This document shows positions 35,824-49,262 of a DNA stretch of 64,000 nt, in pieces; position 1 is the stretch's first letter; each line of letters begins with the position of its first letter. This DNA comes from Gracilinanus agilis. Lineage: Eukaryota. Both the position numbers and the translations under genes were made by a program. The stretch lies in the NCBI RefSeq assembly GCF_016433145.1, contig NC_058130.1, positions 84,962,545 to 85,026,544 on the forward strand. The letters run 5' to 3'. The notes under the pieces are model-generated. The model had not been told where the DNA came from. It did not search any database and worked only from the letters and a program-made list of their open reading frames with translations.

Positions 35824-37164
35824 TCCAAAGCAGTTTTGTTTAGACTCATCATTCTTACAAATACCGCTTCTACAGGTATAGTTGTATAGCATGTGTCTTG
35901 GGAATCGTAGTGTGGTCGTGTGCCATGGAGTATGAGCTGACTTCATTGGTTCTTTATGGGGATAGGTATAGGGGTTTCGATGATACAAGTGGCATTTTTC
36001 TGGCCCTAAAAGCCTCCTAGTCTGGGTCCGACCCATCTTCCCTAATTTCATCTCTTATTACTCACTATATAGGAATCATTGGTCCACTTAGAATGAATTA
36101 GAGTTAAAATGGTAATGTTATATTTTTAAGGTAGAGGGAGACCTCTTTGTCTTTAAATGAAGAAAAGGAGCTAAATTTAGAGGGATAAGTATGGGAACAG
36201 ACTCTAAAATATTCATTTAATAATTAATTTAAAAATAATTATGATAGACCCATTATTTGTCAATGAATGCCATTTTAAGGTCTCTTAATCTCTTTTCTTC
36301 CTGATCCCCAACAGACCTAAATCCTACTTCTGTGATACTTTCTGGTCTCCTATAACATAGTTATTTCTAACTATAATTATTACATTATATGATAGTCTTT
36401 TAAATGTAGTATGTAGTATTTCTGCTTTTTCAATTTTATCAGTTTGCCTTTTTTAATTTGCCCCTCCATATTTAAGACTAATCTACACAAGGTTTCTGTC
36501 AACAGGAGTCTAATCTTGCTAAATGTGGGAAAAGGCTACACAATTAGAAACCTGAAAATTCCTTCTATCTCTTTTCATTAACTGAAACCTGGCTTTCTTT
36601 ATATTTATGATGTGGTGTCCCTAGCAGTCTGCTCTCTAATGCTGGTCACACATTTTCTTTTTTTTATTTTAATATTTTATTTTTTAGAAAAATTTTCCAT
36701 GGTTCCATGATTCATGTTTTTACTTTCCCCTTCACACTCCCCCCCCCCCCACATAGCCAACACACATTTCCACTGGTTTTAACATGTGGTCACACATTTT
36801 CCCAATTATTTCATAGAGCCATGACAAGTCAAGATAGACTTGTTCATTATACTGCTACATAACTTGATAATCTCTCCTTTTATAGTCATGTCATTTGATT
36901 GTACCATTCTCTCCTGATCAACCAGATCCTTAGTGTTTCCCCATCTTTTACTCCCCCTTCATTCCCTTTGCAGTGACTTGAAATTCCACATTAACAGAAA
37001 TTGTGCTTCTGTCATCTTTCCATTGTTCAGTCAGGTCGAGATGAAGACATTTCTGGAAGAATCATCACAATATGGCCACCAAAGGAGAACTTGAGTTTAG
37101 ACCAGATTTGTATTAAGTGATGATAGTAGTGCTAGAAAAACCACATTGGTATTGACTGGTAACT

Positions 37165-37488
37165 TTTATTTTTTTTCCCCACTTCTTATTTAATTAATTA
37201 ATTTGGAATATTTTTCCATGGTTACATAATTCATGTTCTTTCCCTTCCCTCCTTCCTTCCCCCCTCCCAGAGCCAATGAGCAATTTCCCTGGGTTTTCCA
37301 TGTATCATTGTTCAAAACCTATTTCCATATTATTAATATTTGCAATAGAGTGATCATTTAAAGTCAACATCCCCAATCATATCCCCACAGAACCATGTGA
37401 TCAATCATATGTTTTTCTTCTGCATTTCTACTCCCACAGTTCTTTCTTTGGATATGGATAGCATTCTTATAAGTTCCTCAGAATTGTG
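37165..37488 (-). mobile_element. 5'-truncated L1 tail with TSD
   Basis: Flanked by gactggtaact at 37154-37164 and 37489-37499. Confidence 0.8.
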
Positions 37489-38059
37489 ACTGGTAACTCT
37501 TAGAAATATACAGCCACTGTGGGTGTGGAGGTCCATCTCTTTGTGTTCCTTACTAACAGAAGGCATATTAAGTTAAATGTGATACATCTGACCAAAAGAG
37601 GAATTTGGTAGCTGGAAAGCTGATTATTACATTCAAGCTTTAGTGTGCCATTATAATGTTTAATGTAACATGGAGAGCTACTTAGAAGAAATGACCTAAC
37701 TAGCATAAAGATCGGGTATGAGAGCATGTGAAGACGTCTCTATGGAGTTGAGTGACAACAAAGTGGATATTAAGAACAGGAAAGTTAAGGAGAAATCCAT
37801 TGTCTTCCACTGATAAATCTCGTACTATAACATTTCCATCAAAAGTAACAACTCTGAGACTTGCTGGAAAACTTATTGGAGATGCCAATTTGGAACGTGT
37901 CACAATACTTATTCTTGCATCTTTCTAGAAGTGGTCATGAACTCAGCACTAGCAATCACAGTATGAGCAGAACTTGCAGATTGCTCACTCAAACAACTAA
38001 CTTGTACTTTTGGATAATGATGGTGATGACTTGCAAGAAATGGAAGTTAGATCCCAACT

Positions 38060-38300
38060 TCAGTTGTCATTCAGTAGTTTTTCAGTGATGTCCAACTTTT
38101 AGTGACCCATTTGGAGTTTTCTTGGCAAAGATACTGGAGTGGCTTACCCTTTCCTTCTCCAGCACATTTTACAGGTGAGGAAACTGAGGTAAACAGGGTC
38201 ATACAGCTAGTAAGTGTCTGAGGCCAGTTTTGAACTCAGGAAGATAAGTCTTCCTGATTCTAGTCCTGGCATTCTGTCTGCTGCAACATCTAGTTTGCCC
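38060..38300. mobile_element. MAR1-like CORE SINE
   Basis: ttggagttttcttggcaaagatactggagtgg...gaggaaactgagg...tttgaactcagg; a second copy lies at ~53225-53505. Confidence 0.65.
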
Positions 38301-38799
38301 CATCAGAGGTCTAGTTATAAACAATTTTCCTGTGATAACAGTGGTGCAGCATGTCTAGTACTTATGGGCTAAATATGGAACATGTGCTTGATCTTTGAGT
38401 TGTTAAAGGAAATTAATGAACATGAGAGTGAACGTGTAATCAGCTGCTTTAAAAATGTCCAATTCATCTTTTGAACCAGAGTTCTTCGCTGTTTTGAATT
38501 AAAATTAACCCCCCACACACACACACACTTTAAGTTTCAAATAGGAATAACTGTAGCAATCTCATTCCCATATTCAGTAGTGAATCTTGTTTCCTACTGT
38601 AATTCTCATCTCTTTGCTATTTTAAATATCTGAGCAAGTGAAATCTTATCCCTTTACATTAAGCACATTTTTTGTTATTAAAATAGTTTTCACATTTTCA
38701 TAGCAAAATTACATTTTAAAAGTATTTAAAACATCAAATATCACCATCAAATCACATGCCACACTTTATTTCCTAACTATACAAAGAATTCAATACATG

Positions 38800-40900
38800 G
38801 CTCACAGTTTTTCTCTTCTGCCCAAGATTTCTCCAAACATATTGACTCTCTCTTTTCAAACACTTTACTCAGTTCTTCAACCTACTCACTTCCCATGACC
38901 TCCACCTCAGCCACACAAAGATGGTGTCATATTCTTAATCTTGCCATCACCCACAAATGTTCCATCTGGAGAATCCTCTAATCTGATCATAATCTATTGG
39001 CTTTCCACCTCTCTATGAGTCTTACCTTACCAGATCCTATTCTTCATCCACACGATGATTGCCAAATTCCTTAACTCTTCAATTCTCCCCCAAGCCATCA
39101 TTCCTGCACGCTATAGCCACTCTTCTCTTGACCACTCTATGAACCAATTCAGCCCTACACCACCCCACTCTCTTGAATCCCTAGCCCCTTTATCATTTTA
39201 TGAATAGCATCCTGCCGAGCCTTAGTCTTGGATCACTTGCCATCTACTTCTCTCCCTCCTATTCATATGCTGTTGAGTGAAAGAAGAAGATATAAAGTGG
39301 AGAAAATTACACCACAATCTTGATTAGGCCCACTACAGACTTATGTTATACAGCCTCAACTGGACTAGACAATCCTCTTAGACCTCCCTCATAAACTCAC
39401 AATCCCACTCACTAAACCTTTTCGTCCATCTTCAAATTTCCTATGGTTCACTTCAGCTAATAATTTTGCCTCCTATTTTACAAAAGAAATTGAGGAAAGC
39501 ATCTAGGTGGCTCAGTGGGTAGAGAGCCAAACCTGGAGATGAAAGGTCCTGGGTTTGTATCTGGTCTCATGCTCTTCCTAGCTGTGTGGTAACCCCTGGG
39601 CAAGTTTTTAGCCCTCATTACCTAGCTCTTAGCATTCTTCTGCCTTAGAATATTGATTCTAAGACAGAGGGTAAGAGGTTTTTTTAAAAAAAAGCCAGCT
39701 TCCTGTTCTCCTTTCTTATCTCTCTCATATGCCTTCTGCCACTATCTCCTCCTTCACCCCTGTTTCATATGATGAGGAGGCCTTAAGCTAAGCCCTTTCT
39801 CTGCCTACTCATTAAATGATGCTTTTCTGTTCTGTTTCTCCAATACTTATCCTATCATTTATTTTCATTTTCACTCTTTCTACTGGCTCCTACCTTCTAT
39901 AAACATGCCCATCTCCCCACTTTTATCCTCAAAAAACTTTCACTCAATCACTCTAATCCAACCATCATCCTATATCTTTTCTGTCCTCTTTGGTTAAACT
40001 TGTAAAGGCTATCTACAATAGGTACCTCCACTTTCTCTTTCCTCTCACTCTCTTCTGAATTCCTCACATTTCAGCTTCTGACCTCATCATTCTCCTAAAA
40101 CTGCTTTCTCCAAAGTTATCAAGGATCTCTTCATTGCCAAACCCTATGGCCTCAACCTTCATGCTACTCAGCTCCTCTGTTGCTTTTGACAGTAGTGATC
40201 ATCCTTCTCTTCCTTGATACTGATGGAGGTGGGTAGTGGACAGTGATAGAAGCAGGATCCTCATGTTCTGAAATCTTGTATTTCTCACCAGTTAGCACTA
40301 AGTTAGAACATAAATTTCAAAATCTGTCTGATTAATCAGTAAACCTTTCTGTATTATTAAGCACTTCTGTTGGTTTTGTATTGTTCTGTTCTGTACACCA
40401 GCTTTGTGCTGTTCTGTATTATTAATCACTTACATTGTTCCGTATTTACCTTAGTAGTAGTCATTATTGTATTATATCCTCCCTATGCTCCCCTCTTTGA
40501 TGAAGGCATTCCAGAAGGGTAGCAAGACATCTCCTACACTGACAAATGATGGCTCACACAATCCATACCGTGGGCTACTCCATCAGTCCAAAGGCTATTC
40601 TGCCAGCCCCGAGACTCTACTAGCAACTCTACTAGCCCCTAAGCCATCATGCTATTATAATTATACTATCTTTAAAACCTCTTCTTTAAATAAAATTCTT
40701 TCATAGTTCTCCATCGAATAGTCTCTTTGGGTGAGACTTGCTTACAAAATTGCATCTGTTTTCTCATAATGATACTCTCCTTACTCTAGGTTTTTGGGAA
40801 AACACTCTCTCCTATTTCTCATCTTATCTATCTGACCATTCCTTCTCAGTCTCCTTTGCTCGTTATCCCAGTCATGCCTTCTTATTGTTGGGGTCCTCAA
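38800..40900 (+). mobile_element. L2 fossil interrupted by a SINE (39497-39693) and a solo LTR
   Basis: Same L2 motifs as 11830-13875. Confidence 0.65.
40221..40769 (+). mobile_element. Solo LTR with 6-bp TSD (ERV class II-like)
   Basis: Starts TGATG and ends CATAA (one mismatch from the inverted CATCA); TSD tgatac at 40215-40220 and 40770-40775; AATAAA 40689-40694. L2 resumes in register. Confidence 0.65.
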
Positions 40901-41444
40901 GTTATTAATAGTCCTATATTTTTTTCATTCCTGAACATCTAGAGAGTGGTTTATATCTGATGTCTTTATTTCTTCTACTATTCACTCTTCAACCTTTTAC
41001 AACTTAGTTCTCAACCATTCCAATGGATAACAGAGAAGATACTCAAAAAGATCTTGAAAAGTCAAACTTAATAAATTGAAATTTAATAAGGGTAAATAAT
41101 AGGTCACATTACATAGCCCTCAAATTTTTACAGAGTACATGCATTATCTCATTTGGCCTCAAGTACTCTTATCATCCCCAATTTACAAAGAGGAAAATAA
41201 GAAACATTAAATAAATAATATTTAATTAAAGAGATTAAATCATATGCCCAAAGCCATAGGAACACCACCAGATTGGTCTTCCTAGCTCAAAGTCAAAAGC
41301 TCTATCCACTATTCCACACTACCTATAAAAATTCACATTTGGCTCAAGAAATCAGCTTCATGAGTACAAGAAAGGTAACAGATAAAATACAATTCACATA
41401 TATATAACAATAAAGTACAATTCATAAGGGAAAATAAATCTGGG

Positions 41445-44400
41445 GTTTTAATTTTTTTATTTTTTTAAATAGTTTTCCATGTTTACATGCATCTTCTCTT
41501 CCTCCTCTCTTCCCTCCCACCTTCCAGAGCTGACAAGCAATTCCACAAATGTTCCATATTATTCATTTTTGCTATAGAGCAATCTTTTAAAGCCTAAACC
41601 CCAAATCACATACCCATAACAATTGATAAGTCATATGCTTTTCTTTTGTGTTTCTACTCCCATAATTCTTTCTCTCAATATGGATAGCATTCCTTCTCAT
41701 AAATCCTTTAGGAGTGTCCTGGATTATTGCATTGCTACTAGTAGTCCATTACATTGGATAGTTCCACAGTGTTTCACTTTCTGTGTACAATGTTCTCTTG
41801 GTTCTGCTCATTTCACTCTGCATCAGTTCATTGAGGTTCTCCCCCATTTCATATATAAACCCTCCATTTCATCATTCCTTACAGCACAATAGACCAATCA
41901 TATATCACAATTTGTTCAGCCATTCCCCAGTTGAGGAACACACCCCCTCATTTTCCATTTTTTTGCCACTACGAAGAGCAAGGCTATGAATATTTTTGTA
42001 CAAATATTTTTCATTATTAGATATCTCTTTGGGGTACAGACCTATTAGTGGTATGGCTGGATCAAAGGGTATGCAATCATTTAAAGCACTTTGGGCATAA
42101 TTCCAAATTACCTTCCAGAATGATTGAATTAATTCACAAGGCTACCAGTAATCATGTATTCCAATTTTTCCACATCCCTTCTAACATTTATTATTTTCCT
42201 TTACAACATGTCATTGGCCAATCTGCTAGGTATAAGGTACCTCAGAGTTGTTTTGATTTGCATTTTTGTAATTAGGAGGGATTTTGAACACTTTTTCATG
42301 TGATTATTGATAGTTTTGATTTCCTCATCTGAAAACTGCCTATTCATGTCCCTTGACCATTTGTCAATTGGGGAATTACTTGGTTTCTTATACAATTGAC
42401 TTAGTTCCTTATAAATTTGAGAAATTAGACCTTTGTCAGAGATTTTTGTTATGAAAAATTTTCCCCCAATTTGTAGCTTCCCTTTTAATTTTGGTTGCAT
42501 TGGTTTTGTTTGTACAAAGCCTTTTTAATTTAAAAGAATTCAAAATTATTCATTTAAAATTTTTGCAATGTTCTCTATCTCTTGCTTAGTCTTAAATTCC
42601 TTCTTTTCCCATAGATATGACAGGTATATTTTATGTTCATCTAATTTGTTTGTAATTTCCCTCTTTAAATTTGTCATTTACCCATTTTGAATTTATCTTG
42701 GTATAGGGTGTGAGATGTTGATCTAAACCAAATTTCCCATACTGTTTTCCAATTCTCCCAACAGTTTTTGTCAAATAGTGGGTTCTTGTTCCAAAAGTTG
42801 GGATTTTTGGTTTTACTGAACTTGTTGCTGTCATTTACCCCAAATCTATTCCATCGATCCACTCTTCTATCTCTTAACCTACAGTACCATGTGCTTTATA
42901 GTTTGAGATCTGATACTGCCAGGCCCCCATCCTTCACATTCTTTTCATTAGTTCCCTTGATATTCTTGTTTTGTTCTTCCAGATGAACTTTGTAATAATT
43001 TTTTCTAATTCTATAAAAAGTTTTTGGGGAGGCAACTAGGTGGCTCAATGGATTGAGAGTCAGACTCAGAGATGGGAGGTCCTGGATTCAAATCAGGTCT
43101 CAGACACTTCCTAGCTGTACGACCCTGGGCAAGTCACTTAACCCCCATTGTATAACCCTTACTGCTCTTCTGCCTTAAACATACACAGTTTTGATTCTGA
43201 GATGGAAGGTAAGGGTTTAAAAAAAGGCTTTTGTTAGTTTGATACACTGAATAAGTAAATTAATTTAGGTAGGATTGTCATTTTTATTATATCATCCTAC
43301 CCATGACAATGTTTTTCCAATTATTTAAATCTAGTTTTATTTGCATGAAAAGTGTTCATATAATTCCTGAATTTGTCTTGACAAGTAGATTCCCAGGTAT
43401 CTTATATTGTCTAAGTGATTTTAAATGGAGTTTCTCTTTTTAATTCTTGCTGCTGCTGTAGGCTTTTGTTTGAAAATATATATATATATAGTGGTGATAA
43501 TGGGCATCCAGCTTCACTCCTGATATTATTGGGGATGCTTTTAACTTATCCCCATTGCAGATGTTGGCTTTAAATAAACACTGCTTGGGGGCAGCTTGGT
43601 AGCTCAGTGGATTGAGAGCCAGGCCTGGAGATGGGAGGTCCTGGGTTCAAATTTGACCTCAGACACTTCCCAGCTGTGTGACCCTGGGCAAGTCACTTGA
43701 CCTCCATTACCTACTCTTACCACTCTTCTGCCTTGGAGCCAATACACTGTATTGACTCCGAGATGGAAGGTAAGGGTTTTATAATAAATAAATGAATGAA
43801 TGAATGAATACTGCTTATTATTTTGAGGAAAGGCCCTTTTATTCCTATATTTTCTAGTGTTTTCAATAGAAATGGGTGTTGTATTTTGTCAAAGGCTTTT
43901 TCTGTACTTATTGAGATAATCATGTGATTTCTATTAGTTTGGTATATAGTCTCAGTTATGTGGATGGCTTTCCTAATATTGAACCAGCCTTGCATTCCTG
44001 GTACAAATCCTACCTGGTCATAGTGAATACTTTTTTTTGCATCTATGTTCATTCTTACTCTGTTTTTGGTATTCCTGGCTTGGGAATCAGTACTATATTT
44101 ATATCATAAAAAGCATTTGGCTTAAGACTCCTTTCTTTGCCTATTTTTTCAAATAGTTTGTAGAGTGTTTGGATTAATTGTTCTTTAAATGTTTGCTAGA
44201 ATTCACTTATGAATCCATTTGGCCCTGGTGATTTTTTCTTAGGGAGGTCCTTGATGGCTTGTTTGATTTAGTTCCTTATAAATTTGAGTAATTAGACCTT
44301 TGTCCGAGTTTTTTGTTATAAAGATTTTTTTCCCAATTTGTTGCTTCCCTTCTAATTTTGGCAGCATTGGTTTTGTTTGTACAAAAACTTTTTAGTTTAA

Positions 44401-44620
44401 TGTAATCAAAATTATTTATTTTACATTTTGTATTTTTTTCTAAGTCTTGCTTGATTTTAAAATCTTTCCTTTCCCAGAGATCTGACAAGTATACTATTCT
44501 GTGCTCACCTAACTTACTTATAGTTTCTTCCTTTATTATTCAAATCATTCACCCATTCTGAATTTATCTTGGTATAGGGTGTGAGACGCTGATCTAGACC
44601 CAATCTCTCCCATATTGTTT
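41445..44620 (-). mobile_element. L1 ORF2 3' portion, degenerate, with two SINE insertions (43027-43226, 43586-43790) and a second L1 piece at ~44268-44620
   Basis: ORF2 remnants [43 protein letters not shown]. Confidence 0.85.
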
Positions 44621-45138
44621 GATTTATCTAGATCAGATTGAGGTCTCCCACTAGTATAATTTTATTATCCATTTCCTCCTTTAAAGCTTCAGAATAGTTT
44701 CTCCTTTAAAAATCTGGATGCGATTATGGCAACTACCTTAGTCCAGCTAACAAAGGCTAATAGATGGCATTGTGATGCAACTCAGTGGGTTTTTTTTCCT
44801 GATCATGTTTTGCTTTTAAATTCCTGTGGCAGTAAGTATGTCACTGTAGAGTTATCAGGACACTGCTTGCTGTAACCCCCTTCCCCCATTGACTGCATCA
44901 GGTCAGGATCCCAAGGTACTATAAATAATAACACCCAGGCTTTATATCACTTGAATGAACTTTCCTCTAAGGTGGATTAACCTGGAATTCAGTTGTGTGC
45001 CTTTCAGGTGAGTTATATAGAAATAGAAATTATATAAAGGTCCATCTTATACAATGGACTGGGGATTTTTAAATACATGGAATTTTGAGGGAAGATGTGG
45101 ACACAGAACATCTTAAGACATCTAAGAAAAGCTGTTTA

Positions 45139-48030
45139 GGAGCAGAGCCAAGATGGCAGAAAAGGTACAGGGGCCCATCTGATTTCTACCAAATTAATCC
45201 TCCAAAAAGCAATGCTTTCATTTTAATGCTTCAAAAAGAATTCTGGAGTAGCATAACCCCCCAAAAAGACAAAATGAAGTAATTTTCCAATCCAAAACAA
45301 CTTATAAAGGCCAGCACAAGGAATCTAGTACACCAGGGTGAAGGTGGAACCAGAGCCCAGCTCATCAAAGAAGATCTCACTAAGGCAACAGATCTTGGGT
45401 GCAACTGAAGCAGTAGCCAAGGATTCAGGAATTCTCAGCCACAGATGGTAAGGGGTAGAGGGGGTCTGATATTTGCTCATAAGGAAATTACAAGGGTCTC
45501 TTTGCTCAAGCACTCTTGTTTCATTGCCTAAATACAGAAGTAGGTAGCAGTCCTGGGTGTAGTCCCAGGGTGAGGAGTAGTGTATACATCAGTATTTGTA
45601 GCCACAGGGGAGGGAAAGCCACAGGGGAACAAAAAAAATACTGAAGAAATTAATATCTTCAGAAATACAATAAGTTAATTGGTTAAGGAGGCACAAAAAT
45701 TCAAAGAGAACTTCTTATAAAGCAGAATTGACCAAATGGAAAGATATACAAAATACACTGAAGAGAAGAAAGATCTTGAAAGACAGAATTGGACCTTTAG
45801 AAAAAGAGGAAAAGAACTTTTTAAAAAGTAGAGTTGGCCAAATGGAAAAGGAGGTACACAAAAGCTCCCTCAAGAAAACCATAACTAAAGAAAAATTAAA
45901 ATTGGGCAAGTGGGAAACTAATGACTCCATGAGACATCAAGAAGCAAACAGAATCAAAAGAATGAAAAAATTGGGAAAAAGTGAAATCTATATCATGGGG
46001 AAAATAACTGAACTAGAAAATAGATCCAGGAGAGATAATTTAAGAATTATTTAGACTACCTGAAAGCCATGTTAAAAAAAAAAAAAGAGCTTAGCTATCA
46101 TCTTTTAAGAAATCATCAAGAAAAACTGCCATGATATTTTAGAACTAAAGGACAAAATAGAAATTGAAACAATCAATCCACCAATCCCCTCCTAAAACAA
46201 ATACCAAAAAGGATAAATCCCAGTAATATTATAGCTAAATTCCAGAACTCCAAAATCAAGGAGAAAATATTGAAGCCGCCAAAAAAAAATTCAGATATCA
46301 TGGAATCACAGTCAAGATAACCCAAAACTCAGCAGCTGCTACATTAAAGGATCCAAGGACCTGGAATATGATATTCCACAGGGCAAAGCAGCTAGGACTT
46401 TGACCAAACTGAGTTTATGCAAAACTGAGCATAATCCTTCAGAAGAAAAAAGTGGATATTCAATGAAATAGAGAACTTTCAAACATTCCTGATGAAAAGA
46501 CCAGAGCTGAATGGAAAATTTGACTCAAGTACAAGACTCAAAAGAATTTTAAAAAAATAGGGAAAGAGAAATCAAAAGACATTCAATAAGGTTAAATAGT
46601 CTACATCTCTATATAGGAAGATAATTCTTGTAATGCCAAAGAACTTTGTCATTATTAGAGCAGTTATATAGACAGAAAGTGAGGGTATGAGTTGAATATG
46701 ATATGATATAAAAAATCAAATTAAATTAAGGCATGAGAAGGAGGAATGCATTGGGAAGAGGGGGAAAAGGAAACAGAATGGAATAAATTATTGCACAGAA
46801 AAGAGTATTCACAGTGAAGGGGAAGATATGGGGGAGATAGAGAGAAGAGCAAGTGAACCTTATTCTCATCAGAATTGGCTCAATGAGGGTAGGACATACA
46901 CAATGGAGTATTTAGAAAGCTGTCTTGATAGAAAAGAAGACAAATTGGGGTAGGTTGAGGTCAGAAATTTAACAGGAGTAAATAGGATGGAAAGTAATAC
47001 TCAGTAACTACAATGATGCAAACTATTTTTTTTTACAAATCTATTAAAAGCCTCATTTCTCAAATGCATAGAGAACTGAGTTAAATATTGAAGTTACAAG
47101 TCCCCAATTGATAAATGATCAAAGGATAAGAACAAGCAGTTCTCAAAGAAATTAAAGCCATCTAGATTCATGCAAAAAAATGGTCTAAATCACTATTATT
47201 TAGAGAAATGCAAATTAAAACAACTCTAAGGTACCACACCTCACACCTATCATATCAGCTATTATGACAGAAAAATTTGGAGGCCATATAGGGAAGCTGG
47301 GACATGAATGTATTTATAGTGTGAGTTGTAAATTGATTCAGTCATTCAGGAGAGCACAATTTATAGCCCAAAGGACTATAAAACAGTATATAAACCTTTT
47401 GATTCAATACCATTATATTTGGTTTGTATTCCAAAAAGATTTTAAAAGAAAAAGTGTACAAAAATATTTTAAAGCAACTCTTTTCAGGGTGGGGCAAATA
47501 TTTGGAAAGTGAGTTGGATACACATCAATTGGGGAATGGTTGAGTATCAAGTTATAGTTTATTATCATAATGGAATATTATCGCACTGTAAAAATTACAA
47601 GCGGGAGGAACTCAGAAAAGCCAGGAAAAATTGAGTTGAAGCAGAGTGAAATAAGCAGAACCTAGAAAACATTAGTGGCAGAAATATGTTACAATGAACA
47701 ACTGTGAATAACAACTATTCTCAGCAATATAATGATCCAAAACTATCCAAAAGGACTCATGATAAAAAAAAAATACCATCTACTTGCAGAGAAAAAGAAC
47801 TGAATCTGAATCTAGATCAAAGCAAATTTATTTTCACTCAAATTTTTTCTATTTGTTCCACAAAAGGATTAACATGGAAAAATCTTTTACATGATTGCAC
47901 GTGTAAAACCTGTAAAATCTATGTAAGATTGCTTCTTATCTCATCTCAAGGGAGATGAATATTCTTTGAAAAATGTTGGAAACATTTTTTTACATTTAAT
48001 TGGGGAAAAATAAAATAAAAAATTTAAAAG
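45139..48030 (+). mobile_element. L1 with 5' UTR and ORF1 remnants, most of ORF2 missing, 3' end present
   Basis: 5' ccaagatggc (YY1-type) at 45148-45157; ORF1 motif ENRSRRDNLRII near 46020; jumps to ORF2-end/3' UTR sequence at ~47030. Confidence 0.75.
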
Positions 48031-48642
48031 CCATGTTATACTGGTTTGCTTGCGAGAATTTTCCAACTCCTAGTCAGCCATTGTATCAGATAAAAGAATG
48101 CTTCTTGAAGTATTCTCTTATGTGTTTACAGAGGGACAGTCTTCCTCAGAGACCAGATCTCATCAATGGTTGAACTCCTTCTGCTATTCCAAAACCAAAT
48201 AAAGTTCTTTCCCAGATAGCAGATGCACACTAGGAAAAACAAAATCAAAAATAATTCCTCTGGGAACTTGAATCTCTTGAGAGTGAACTCCAAGGGAGAC
48301 ACAAATGCATGTACTAGAAAACCACAGTAGACTCAAACTTCAGAAATTCTCGCCTCACATTTTGCTATAAAAGAATGTACATTCCTGAAAATCACTGCAC
48401 TATGCAAAAATTGTGAAATAAAAATCACAAGATTTATGGGGAAAATGGAACTATTAGGAGCATAACCCTCAAAATCATCAATGGCACATAAAAAAGAGAG
48501 AAGAATCTAATAAAAAAAACACAGTTCCAGTGATTAAGGAGCAAAGAAAGAGTCATATACCAATGACCCAGTTTGCAGTGGAGTGGAGAGGCTGGGCGCG
48601 TGGCGCAAGGTGAATGAGGAAACTGGACAATGTTATTCCGAG

Positions 48643-48660
48643 TTTTAATCTCTTTTTAAT
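48643..48660 (-). terminator. Tandem ATTAAA polyadenylation signals of H2A copy 2
   Basis: Minus strand reads ctATTAAAaagagATTAAAac. Confidence 0.6.
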
Positions 48661-48755
48661 AGAGTTAGTGGGATCGGGGTGGAGAGATGGAGGACCCAGA
48701 ATAAAGGAAGTGGCTACCCTTGCTGGGCTCGCTTGATGGGTCCATGAGCTGGGGC

Positions 48756-49187
48756 TCATTTGGTCTTTACTGTCTGGATAAAAGAATTTCCTCCAAGGTT
48801 TCGGCTACTTTGGCCTTTGTTCACAGACTGCAGGAGCTCCGAATGGATGCGGGGCAAGACTCCACCCTGTGAGATGGTGACGTCTCCAAAGAGTTGGTTG
48901 AGCTCAGCATCATTGCGTACAGCCAGCTGCACGTGGCGGGGAGCGATGCGGCTCTTCTGGTTGTCACGAGCAGCATTGCCTGCAAGCTCCAGGATTTCAG
49001 CAGTCAGGTACTCCAGCACAGCAGCCAGGAAAACAGGGGCACCAGATGCCAACCGCTGGGCATAGTGGCCCTGGCGCAGAAAGCGGTCCACGCGGCTCAC
49101 AGGGAACTGTAGTTGGGCCCTTGAGGAGCGTGAGCGGGTTCGGGCACGGGGATGCGAGGGTCCTGGGTGGCTCCGTTTCTCAGACAT
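48756..49187 (-). CDS. H2A.R: Divergent histone H2A variant, H2A.R type, copy 2 (143 aa, intronless)
   Basis: Same fold as copy 1, ATG in good Kozak context (gcaccATG) at 49187, same length as copy 1, convergent orientation. Confidence 0.85.
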   Translation of the reverse strand: MSEKRSHPGPSHPRARTRSRSSRAQLQFPVSRVDRFLRQGHYAQRLASGAPVFLAAVLEYLTAEILELAGNAARDNQKSRIAPRHVQLAVRNDAELNQLFGDVTISQGGVLPRIHSELLQSVNKGQSSRNLGGNSFIQTVKTK

Positions 49188-49262
49188 GGTGCTAGCCTGA
49201 GCTCCGCTAACATCCCCCAACTGGTCCAAGCGCCTGTGAAATTCCGCATGCTAGGGGAATCC

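Noticed and set aside
48760-49065. Antisense ORFs over both H2A genes (also 35429-35647)
   Set aside because: Expected shadow frames of GC3-rich coding sequence. They begin with non-ATG codons and have different extents in the two paralogues.
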